Below, piece after piece: positions 50,016 to 58,294 of a stretch of DNA of 64,000 bases. Each line of letters begins with the position of its first letter. Position 1 is the stretch's first letter. This DNA is from Candidatus Sericytochromatia bacterium (GTDB lineage Bacteria; Cyanobacteriota; Sericytochromatia; UBA7694; JACMQJ01): positions 35,255-99,254 of the forward strand of contig BPII01000003.1 in assembly GCA_026004035.1 (NCBI GenBank), in the 5' to 3' direction. Under the pieces are notes generated by a model. It made no database searches, had not been told where the DNA came from, and saw nothing but the letters and a program-made list of their open reading frames with translations. Both the position numbers and the translations under genes were made by a program.

Positions 50016-50356
50016 TTAACCTGCCAAAATATTATCAAGTAATTTATTTATTTCATCAGGGTTTTTAGATGATGGGAACTCTGTATATAGCAAAATTTTT
50101 GAAGAATCTAAATTTACTTCACTTATAACTAGAACTTCATTTTCTGTTTCTATCATAAATCTTTTTACACTTTCTCTTTGCATTCTTTTAGATTGAGCAT
50201 CAATATTTGTAAACATTGAAGAAACAACTGTACCAGCCAGGTTTTGGTCAATAGATAAAATTACCTTTTAAAACAAGTCCCTCTTTACTTACTAATAAAC
50301 TACCTTTTAAAATCTTGTATTTGTTCAATCTTGTTTAATAATGTGTCTTGATTCAT
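50016..50356 (-). pseudogene. Roadblock/LC7 (MglB-like) domain protein, frameshifted
   Basis: The ATG at 50356 gives MNQDTLLNKIEQIQDFK. Frame changes give SLLVSKEGLVLKGN... and ...DQNLAGTVVSSMFTNIDAQSKRM..., running into ORF 50016..50216. The layout resembles Roadblock/LC7. Confidence 0.4.
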
Positions 50357-50550
50357 TGTATCACCTTTAAATAATATAATACAAAAGTTAATTTTATCAT
50401 GAAAATTATTTTATGGAAATTTTTTAGTAGCATATATATTAAATAGTAATTTCATCATAAAAAACAACTTTATCAAAATCTTTATAAGAAAAAGGCAAGT
50501 CTAATAATGGTATTCTTTCATATTTTTTATTATATAAATTAAGTCTTTCC

Positions 50551-51402
50551 TTAAAAAGCCAAGGGTAATAGTTCATATAAAAAATTATACTCATACATTT
50601 TTCTGAAAATGTTTTTTTTAGACAAAATATCTTCTTCTATATTATCGTCTATAATATTTTTTAAAGCTTCTTTAAAAGCTTCCTTATTAAATTCTGTCTC
50701 TATATAATTATCATCATTTAAATCTTCTTCTTTTGTTGGTATAGGATTATTGTAATTTCTCCAAATAGAAATACCATTATCTTTAGCAAATGGATCTACA
50801 TATTCACCATTTAACCAAACATTAAAATGAACATGAGGAGGTGAAAAAGGAAAAGCTAAAATAGCATCAATTCCACTATATCCAGAAATTGCAATTTCTT
50901 GTCCTCTTTTAACTATATCATTTACTTTAACAAGAGTTTTAGACAAATGATTAAGAGTTGTTATTATTCCTTGACCATGATCTATAAATATTTTCAAGCC
51001 ACCTCTATTAAATTCACTAGATATTCTTAATACTTTTCCTGGTGCAGGTGCTGTTACAGAATATCCTGGTGGCAAAGAAAAATCTGTTCCATTATGACTA
51101 TCATAAGTTAAACTTTTTCCTCTAAAATCTTCTACATTTGTAACTCTTACAGACCATCCTTCTTTTACATTTGGTTGTTTGTAATTATATAAATTAGTTA
51201 TTATTATTGTCCTTTCTAAAGGTAATTTTCCTTTCCATAATGGAATAGATATTTTAGGTTTATATTGTCTTAAAGTTGTTAAATCAGCTTTTGTTTTAGG
51301 TGTATATTTATCACCAAATATTGCAAGTTTAGATGCTTTAAGAGTTTTTCTAAATGGTTTTAATCCTAAGCATTCAAATATACTTACTTTATACTTACTC
51401 AT
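50551..51402 (-). CDS. M23-family metallopeptidase
   Basis: HNGTDF (HxxxD), then GGLKIFIDHGQG and PPHVHFNV (HxH). A 3' extension reached by a further frameshift near 50570 is possible. It would read NYYPWLFKERLNLYNKKYERIPLLDLPFSYKDF... Confidence 0.8.
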   Translation of the reverse strand: MSKYKVSIFECLGLKPFRKTLKASKLAIFGDKYTPKTKADLTTLRQYKPKISIPLWKGKLPLERTIIITNLYNYKQPNVKEGWSVRVTNVEDFRGKSLTYDSHNGTDFSLPPGYSVTAPAPGKVLRISSEFNRGGLKIFIDHGQGIITTLNHLSKTLVKVNDIVKRGQEIAISGYSGIDAILAFPFSPPHVHFNVWLNGEYVDPFAKDNGISIWRNYNNPIPTKEEDLNDDNYIETEFNKEAFKEALKNIIDDNIEEDILSKKNIFRKMYEYNFLYELLPLAF

Positions 51403-54148
51403 ACCAGTTTTTACCTATACTTATTGAAACTTTCAATGGAACATTTAAGGTATATATATTTTCCATTATATTTTTAACATTAACTTTTAGTTCTTCTAAT
51501 TCATCTTTATAAACTTCAAATACTAGTTCATCATGAACTTGTAAAAGCATTTTTGAACTTTTATTACTTTCTTCTAAATATTTATCAATTTTAACCATTG
51601 CTAATTTTATTAAATCTGCTGCTGTTCCTTGTAAAGGTGTATTTATAGCCATTCTTTTACCAAATTCTCTAACTGAATAATTAGAGCTATTTAATTCAGG
51701 TATATATCTTCTTCTATTTAACAGAGTTGTTACATAGCCTTTTTCTTGAGCAAATTTTATAATATTTTCTACATACATTGAAACATATTTATATGTTTCA
51801 TTGAATTTTTTTATTATATCTGAAGCTTCACTAACAGAAATATTAAGAGTTTCTGATAATCCATAAGCACTTTGTCCATAAATTATTCCAAAATTAACAG
51901 TTTTTGCAATTCTTCTTTGTTCCTCTGTAATGTCTTCTATATTTTTAATATTAAATATTTCCATAGCTGTTTTAGAATGTATATCTAAGTCATTATTAAA
52001 AGCATCTATAAATATAGGATCACTGCTATAATGTGCTAATAATCTAAGCTCTATTTGAGAATAATCAGCTGAAAGTATTAATTTATTATTATCAGCTATA
52101 AATGCTTTTCTTATTTCTTTTCCTAATTTAGTTTTTATAGGTATATTCTGTAAATTAGGATTGCTTGAAGATAGTCGTCCTGTTGATGTTATAGCTTGAT
52201 TAAATGAAGTATGGATTCTTGAGTTTTTATCTGTTATTTCAAGTAAAGAATCAATATAAGTTGATTTTAATTTGCTTATTTGTCTATAATCAAGTATGTA
52301 TTTTACTATATCATGCTCATTTCGTAATTTTTCTAAAATATTAGCATCTGTTGAATAAGCTTGACTTTTTCCTCTTTTTAATCCTTTTGTACTTATTTTT
52401 AATTCTTCAAATAAAATTGATGATAATTGTTTAGGTGAATTTATATTAAACTCTTTTCCAGCAATTTGATATATTTTACTTTCTATATCTTTTAACATTA
52501 AATCTAAACTACTTGATAAATTTGATAAGTGCTCTTTATCTATTTTTATACCTTCTGACTCCATTTTTGATAATACTTTTATAAGCGGTATTTCAATATT
52601 TTGATATAATTCAATCATGTTCATTTCTTCAAGCTTTTTTCTAAGATAGAAACTTAGCTCAAGTGTTATAGATGAGTCAGCACAAGCGTATCTTGATACT
52701 TCTTCAACATCTATATAATCCATTGTTAAAGCATTTTTACCTTTTCCAATTAATTCTTCTATCCTTGTCATTTTGTAATTTAAATAATGAAAAGCCATTT
52801 CTTTTAAAGCATGAGAATTATTAGGATCTATCAAATAATCAGCTATATACGTATCATCTTTTATACCTTTTAAATCTATACCATATTTACTAAAAACATT
52901 TATTTCAAACTTTATATTATGTCCTATTTTTAAAATATTTGGATTTTCTATTATTTCTTTAAATTCTTTTTTAAAATCATCAATATTTATATTGAAATCA
53001 TAATTTATATGAGATATTGGAATATAAAAAGATTGAAAATTATTACAAATTTTTTCCTTATTATTAGTATCTAAAGAAATTGCAATTCCTACTAAATGAT
53101 TGGTTAAAAAATCTAGGCTTGTTGTTTCTATATCTATTGAAAAATATTTCAGCTTTTTAATAAGGTTAGATAATTCTTTTAACTCATCTGTATTTTTTAT
53201 TATTTTTACATTAATATTTATTTTCTTTTCATTAGAAATTTTATTTTTATTTTCTGAATAAAAAAGAGAGAGTATTTCAGGTAATTCATTTAATAAGCTT
53301 CTAAATTGTAGTCTATTTAATAAATTTCTAATATTTTCTTCGTTTGGTAAATTTAAATGACTTTTATTTAAATCTAAATTAATAGGAGCATTAACATCTA
53401 TAGTAGCTAACTTTTTACTTAAAAAAGCATTATCTTTTCCTGATACTAGTAAATCTTTTAATCTTTTTGATTCAATTTTATCTAAGTTTTTATAAATATT
53501 TTCTAAATCATTGAATTGATTTAATAGTTTAATTGCTGTTTTGGGTCCTAATCCAAATATACCTGGTATATTATCTGATTTATCACCTATTAAAGCTTTA
53601 TAATCTACTATTTGTTGTGGTCCTATTTGATATTTTTCTATTGTTTCATTTATTCCAAACTTTTTTAATGTAGAATCATTTCTATTTGGTAAATAAACAA
53701 ATGTATTTTCATTTACTAATTGAATTAAATCTTGATCACCTGTTATTATATGTGATTTTAAACCTATTTTATTAGCTTGTATTGATAATGTACCTATTAA
53801 GTCATCTGCTTCATAATTATCTAACTCAAAGATAGGTATTTCGAAAGCATTTATTATTTGTGTTATAAATGGTAATTGAATTAAAAACTCTTCAGGTGTT
53901 TCACCTCTATTAGCTTTATATTCAGGGTATATTTCATTTCTAAAAGTTTTTTTTGATACATCAAAAGCTACAACTATATAATAAGGTTTAAATTTTTTTA
54001 TTATATCAAAAAGTATTTTAGAAAATCCATAAGCTGCCCATGTGGGAACATTGTCTTTTGTATGTAAATTCGTCTTTATTAGCGCATGGTATGCTCTAAA
54101 AGCTAAAGCATGCCCATCTATAAATATTATTTCCTGTTTTGAAAGCAT
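51395..54148 (-). CDS. polA: DNA polymerase I
   Basis: 917 aa. It has a 5'-nuclease domain (IDGHALAFRAYHA, GDKSDNIPG), a 3'-5' exonuclease region, and polymerase motifs (DYSQIELRLLAH, RRIAKTVNFGIIYG, QVHDELVFE). The gene is intact. Confidence 0.95.
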   Translation of the reverse strand: MLSKQEIIFIDGHALAFRAYHALIKTNLHTKDNVPTWAAYGFSKILFDIIKKFKPYYIVVAFDVSKKTFRNEIYPEYKANRGETPEEFLIQLPFITQIINAFEIPIFELDNYEADDLIGTLSIQANKIGLKSHIITGDQDLIQLVNENTFVYLPNRNDSTLKKFGINETIEKYQIGPQQIVDYKALIGDKSDNIPGIFGLGPKTAIKLLNQFNDLENIYKNLDKIESKRLKDLLVSGKDNAFLSKKLATIDVNAPINLDLNKSHLNLPNEENIRNLLNRLQFRSLLNELPEILSLFYSENKNKISNEKKININVKIIKNTDELKELSNLIKKLKYFSIDIETTSLDFLTNHLVGIAISLDTNNKEKICNNFQSFYIPISHINYDFNINIDDFKKEFKEIIENPNILKIGHNIKFEINVFSKYGIDLKGIKDDTYIADYLIDPNNSHALKEMAFHYLNYKMTRIEELIGKGKNALTMDYIDVEEVSRYACADSSITLELSFYLRKKLEEMNMIELYQNIEIPLIKVLSKMESEGIKIDKEHLSNLSSSLDLMLKDIESKIYQIAGKEFNINSPKQLSSILFEELKISTKGLKRGKSQAYSTDANILEKLRNEHDIVKYILDYRQISKLKSTYIDSLLEITDKNSRIHTSFNQAITSTGRLSSSNPNLQNIPIKTKLGKEIRKAFIADNNKLILSADYSQIELRLLAHYSSDPIFIDAFNNDLDIHSKTAMEIFNIKNIEDITEEQRRIAKTVNFGIIYGQSAYGLSETLNISVSEASDIIKKFNETYKYVSMYVENIIKFAQEKGYVTTLLNRRRYIPELNSSNYSVREFGKRMAINTPLQGTAADLIKLAMVKIDKYLEESNKSSKMLLQVHDELVFEVYKDELEELKVNVKNIMENIYTLNVPLKVSISIGKNWYE

Positions 54149-54711
54149 TATTTAGTCCATTTTCCACCCGACTCAACTCTTTTTCTAACATTATCAGCTA
54201 ATTTATATAATCCGTTTCTTGATAAATTGTCAAGTATAAATTTTGGAACAGGTAAGCCAAAATCAATTCTACTTCTATAAGTTAATTTCGTATAAATATC
54301 CTTATATTTTTCTAATTTCCAACCACCTTCTATATCCTTTATTTTTCCATCTATTTTTTTAAAATTTATGGTCCAATTTTCTTTATCATATACTCTTCTT
54401 AAGTCATAAGATATATCTATTAAAGGTGGTGATTCTAATTTTACATGAACTATTGAAAATTTATCAGTTCTTGTTTTTACTTTAAATTCTTCCATTGCTG
54501 GCATAAATTTTGTGTAGTTATCATAATCAGTTAAAACTTTCCATACTTCTTCAGGCTTAGCTTTTACTAAAAAAGTAACTTCTGTTGTAGCAATATTGTT
54601 TTTATCTAAAACTTCTTTTATTATAGGTTGCCCACCATATTTTAATTTTTCTTCAGCTATTACTGGATTTATTAAAATCAATAATGTTAGTAAAATAAAA
54701 TATTTTTTCAT
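54148..54711 (-). CDS. secreted SRPBCC (START/polyketide-cyclase-like) protein
   Basis: A signal peptide is present. VWKVLTDYDNYTKFMP and the following beta-rich pattern are typical of SRPBCC. Confidence 0.55.
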   Translation of the reverse strand: MKKYFILLTLLILINPVIAEEKLKYGGQPIIKEVLDKNNIATTEVTFLVKAKPEEVWKVLTDYDNYTKFMPAMEEFKVKTRTDKFSIVHVKLESPPLIDISYDLRRVYDKENWTINFKKIDGKIKDIEGGWKLEKYKDIYTKLTYRSRIDFGLPVPKFILDNLSRNGLYKLADNVRKRVESGGKWTK

Positions 54712-54764
54712 AATTTTATTAATTCCAAATATACTAAAAAATTATATCAAACTTAAGTTTATTT

Positions 54765-54915
54765 GGTAGTAGTTTTACTACTGAACTAATGTTATTTTTT
54801 GATAAGCTTAAAATACTTTAATAGTAAGCATTTTAAAAATTTATATAATATACTTAAATTTAGTATTTATCAGTGTTTGTAAAAGTAATTTTTTCTATAA
54901 CTCAATCCTATGCAT
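54765..54915 (+). repeat. intergenic repeat family A
   Basis: ...ctaatgttattttttgataagcttaaaat...tacttaaatttagtatttatcagtg...gtaattttttctataactcaatcctatg, in the same orientation as 48901..49020. Confidence 0.75.
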
Positions 54916-55013
54916 ATTATCGTTAATGTTATAAATTTAATTTTTTATACTAATTTTTATAAAATAGTGCATAATTAATAGTTAAAAATAAAGTATAAAA
55001 AATTAAAAAAAAA

Positions 55014-55135
55014 CCTATAAGTTTTTAATAAATTACTTGACATAAGAATTTTAGTATAATTTAAATAAAATTATAACTATAAAAAACATTGATTTTTAAT
55101 GTACTATCAATTTAATAAATTGATATTAGTATGTA
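55014..55135 (+). repeat. intergenic repeat family B, full copy, upstream of the 55.2-60.7 kb cluster
   Basis: cctataagtttttaataaattacttgacataagaattttagtataat...gatttttaatgtactatcaatttaataaattgatattag. The perfect palindrome atcaattta-a-taaattgat lies at 55106..55124. TTGACA (55037..55042) and TATAAT (55055..55060) are only 12 nt apart. Confidence 0.8.
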
Positions 55136-55186
55136 ATCAATAGTGTAATCATATATTTATAATATAATTTTATTATAAAATATTTT

Positions 55187-56326
55187 TTGGAAATTTTTAT
55201 GAAAAATAGCAAAAGCTTTTTAATGTTAATATCTACATTAATAATTTTTTCATGTAGTATAAATAATTCAGTATCTACAGATAAAACAAAATCTTCTAAT
55301 AATGAAATAGTTAATATAAAACCTTCTAATATATCTCATATTGAGTTAAAAAACGATGAAAACTTAATAAAAGATTTTATAAATAATAATCCTGACTTTT
55401 TTCCTTTAGATTTAAATGTTGATAACTCATCTCAAGCTACAGTTCCAAATAATGGTGGAGTTATATTTGCAACAATACCAAATAATGGTGGAGTAATTTT
55501 TTCAGATGATAATGACTCATTTTCTATTAAATCATACTCAATAAAACAATTAAAATTACCAATCAAAAATATTCAAATACCTCAAAGACCTAAATTAATA
55601 GAGAAATTAAAAAATAATATTCCTATCCAATGGACAAGAGAAGTAATAGATAAACCAAGAAGAGAAATAAAAATATATTTTGAAAAAAAAGATAAAGCAA
55701 AAGCTATTGTAAATACCTTTTTCAATAAAAAGATAGTATTAAATTTTGAAAATAAGAGAGAAATAGTTAAAAAATTAAGTGAAGTATCAACAAGAATAGC
55801 TTATTTTACAAAAGAAAATAATAATTGGGTATTAAATAGTGTATCACCATTTGAATTTAGACCAGAAAATAAAACAATTAATGTTAATATAGAATTTATA
55901 AAAATTACAGTGAATTCAAATGATAAAGGAAATATTTTTAATATACCTATAAATGGTTTTATAAATAAAAAAGACATGCCTACTATTAAAAAAGGTTCTA
56001 CTTTAAAAATAGAAGTTAAAGCTATAAATAATGAACCAAATGAAATCCCGCCATTATATGTTTATTTAAGATTACCAGATATTGGAGTAAAAATACCAAT
56101 GTATGATGACGGTAGTTTAGAAGACTTATTTACTGATAAAGAAGGTAAGCAAGTAAGCACAGATGATATTAACGATGATAATATATATACTGCTACAATA
56201 AAGATGAGTAAAAATTTAGGAGTAAATAATATTACAATAGACGCTATATCTTCACTATCATTACAAGATTCTTTGGAAAATGGAGATTATATAAGTAAGT
56301 CTTTTCCAATTATTATTACTCAATAA
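55187..56326 (+). CDS. hypothetical lipoprotein (the real start is probably the ATG at 55199)
   Basis: Signal plus lipobox (LMLISTLIIFSCSIN). An internal 11-aa tandem duplication is present (VPNNGGVIFAT / IPNNGGVIFSD). No family recognised. Confidence 0.45.
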   Translation: MEIFMKNSKSFLMLISTLIIFSCSINNSVSTDKTKSSNNEIVNIKPSNISHIELKNDENLIKDFINNNPDFFPLDLNVDNSSQATVPNNGGVIFATIPNNGGVIFSDDNDSFSIKSYSIKQLKLPIKNIQIPQRPKLIEKLKNNIPIQWTREVIDKPRREIKIYFEKKDKAKAIVNTFFNKKIVLNFENKREIVKKLSEVSTRIAYFTKENNNWVLNSVSPFEFRPENKTINVNIEFIKITVNSNDKGNIFNIPINGFINKKDMPTIKKGSTLKIEVKAINNEPNEIPPLYVYLRLPDIGVKIPMYDDGSLEDLFTDKEGKQVSTDDINDDNIYTATIKMSKNLGVNNITIDAISSLSLQDSLENGDYISKSFPIIITQ

Positions 56327-56422
56327 AATATTATATTTAGCAAAAATATTTTTTTTTCTATAAGCAAGATAAATTTATTTTTTAAGAAAATAATATTGTA
56401 TATAGTTTTTGGAGATTAAAAA

Positions 56423-58222
56423 ATGCAAATACCAGAAAGTATGAAAACAATATGGGAAAATATTACTAATACTAATCAAAAAACAGGTGATGTAAATTCA
56501 GCTCAACTTGAGCAACTTAAACAAGCTGCTAGTTCAGATGGAAAAATAGATGAACAAGAACAAGAATTTATTAATTATGTAGAAAGTAATCTTATGATAT
56601 CTTCAAATAATAATCAGGGTAAAGGATCTAATCCAGTAAGCTTTGTTGATACAGAATTTGGAAAGGTTCCTTCATCAATGATAGAAACTTGGAATCAAGT
56701 CTCAACTGATGGAGTAATAGATGAAGCTGATTTAGAAAAACTTAAACAAGCTGCTGCTCCAACAGGTAAAAATTCAGAGTTTGATAATGATGAAGTAAAT
56801 TTTTTAGCTAATCTAGTAGAAAAAGCTGAAAATGGACAAGTTAGACTTAATAATCCTAATACTACAAAAAAAAATAATTCTTCAATATCTTCTCCATTTG
56901 GTGAAGTTCCTTTTTCATTACAATCAGTTTGGAATCAAATAGTATCAAAAGGTCAAGTATCTTTACAAGATCTAGATAATCTTATAACAGCAGCAACTCC
57001 AAATGAAAAACCTGAAGAAATAGATGAAAAAGAAAGAACTTTTTTATTAAAAATTAAAGAAGCTATTGAAGAAAATAATGGACAATCTGTTTTATTATCA
57101 TCAAATATAAATAAAGCTTCATCACCAACTTTATTGAATTGGCCAGGTTATACTGCAAAAACTAAACAAGCATTAAGAGATGCTTATGGAGAATTCGCCA
57201 TAGGAACAAGAATGCCATTGTTAAGGCAAGATATTGCTTTAGAAGTAGCTAAAGGATTTGGTGTTTCTAGTGTTAGAGAGTTACAATCTATGATAGGAGC
57301 AAAAGTTGATGGAAAGTTTGGTCCTGAAACATATTTTAAAGCAAAAGCTTTTGTAGCAAATCTTATGAATACAAATTCTCAAGATCCAAGAATACCAAAC
57401 ATGTTATCAGTTTTAGGAAATGATATTGAAGTAAGAAGAATGATAGAAATGTATGGAGCTTTTCAAATTAATAATAATCAACAAAATTTAAGGAATCAAC
57501 AACAACCTGTAAATAATGATAAACCACCTGTCAGTATAGGTGATACAGATCCAAATAATCCTGAAGCTATAAAAAGTTTTCAAAATAAGGTAAATTTATT
57601 ATCTAGCATATATAACAATCAGAAAGGAACTAATTTTGAACCTGTTGAGGTTAATGGAAAATTAACAGAATCTTTTGCAGATAAATTAAGAAATATGGAA
57701 CAAACTATTGGAAAGCCTGTAGCACAAGCTATAGCAGAAATAGAAAATGAGTTAAAATCAAAAGGTTTTAGTAAATTAGATAGCAGAAGTCTTAATTTTG
57801 TGAAGATAGCCGATAATGGAATTCAAATAATAGGTGATGCTAAGGATATGGTAAGAATAAATGCAGCAAAAGAATTATTAGCAAAATTAGGATTTAATTT
57901 AACAAATTTTGAAATATCTAAACCTGAAAATCCAGGAGTAAATGGTGATTTAATACTTAAGTCAAACAATATGGAATTAAAAATTTTTGATAACGTTTCT
58001 TTTGAAAAAAGAGATCACAATAAATATGGGGATTTACATATAGTAGGGAAATTTGATAATAAAGATATAGATGTATCTTATTGGGAAAATGATAGAAGAG
58101 GAGAAAAATCTATTAAGCAATTTAATAGATTTCATTTAAAAGCAAAAGTTAATGGTCAGGAATTAGAACCTTTAAGACAAAGTGAAAGTATATTAAGCAA
58201 ACCATTAATTCAAGTTAAGTAA
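56423..58222 (+). CDS. hypothetical protein: 3 x ~75-aa EF-hand/dockerin-like modules, a peptidoglycan-binding-like domain, and a unique C-terminal domain; no signal peptide
   Basis: A GGAG Shine-Dalgarno is present. The modules start at aa 1, 79 and 159 (..P.S....W(E/N)...., DG.ID..(E/D)L..LK.AA, E.D..E..FL). LLNWPGY...VRELQSMIGAKVDGKFGPETYFKAKAFV resembles PG_binding_1. It is a paralogue of the next gene. Confidence 0.6.
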   Translation: MQIPESMKTIWENITNTNQKTGDVNSAQLEQLKQAASSDGKIDEQEQEFINYVESNLMISSNNNQGKGSNPVSFVDTEFGKVPSSMIETWNQVSTDGVIDEADLEKLKQAAAPTGKNSEFDNDEVNFLANLVEKAENGQVRLNNPNTTKKNNSSISSPFGEVPFSLQSVWNQIVSKGQVSLQDLDNLITAATPNEKPEEIDEKERTFLLKIKEAIEENNGQSVLLSSNINKASSPTLLNWPGYTAKTKQALRDAYGEFAIGTRMPLLRQDIALEVAKGFGVSSVRELQSMIGAKVDGKFGPETYFKAKAFVANLMNTNSQDPRIPNMLSVLGNDIEVRRMIEMYGAFQINNNQQNLRNQQQPVNNDKPPVSIGDTDPNNPEAIKSFQNKVNLLSSIYNNQKGTNFEPVEVNGKLTESFADKLRNMEQTIGKPVAQAIAEIENELKSKGFSKLDSRSLNFVKIADNGIQIIGDAKDMVRINAAKELLAKLGFNLTNFEISKPENPGVNGDLILKSNNMELKIFDNVSFEKRDHNKYGDLHIVGKFDNKDIDVSYWENDRRGEKSIKQFNRFHLKAKVNGQELEPLRQSESILSKPLIQVK

Positions 58223-58294
58223 TAGTTAAACTTTTAGCAAGTATTTTTTTTAAAATTATATAATATTGTTAGTTATATATAAAAAGGAGTTTTT

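Noticed and set aside
50449-50600. A possible 3' frameshift extension of the M23 peptidase gene (alternative frame NYYPWLFKERLNLYNKKYERIPLLDLPFSYKDFDKVVFYDEITI*).
   Set aside because: The extension has no recognisable domain and the annotated ORF already contains the full M23 catalytic core. I cannot distinguish a real extension from a chance open frame.
55037-55060. TTGACA plus TATAAT in repeat B as a canonical sigma70 promoter for the paralogue cluster.
   Set aside because: The hexamers are only 12 nt apart here (14 nt in the 47.3-kb copy), against the usual 16-18 nt. The TATAAT box may still work with a different -35 element, so this is reported only as a possibility.
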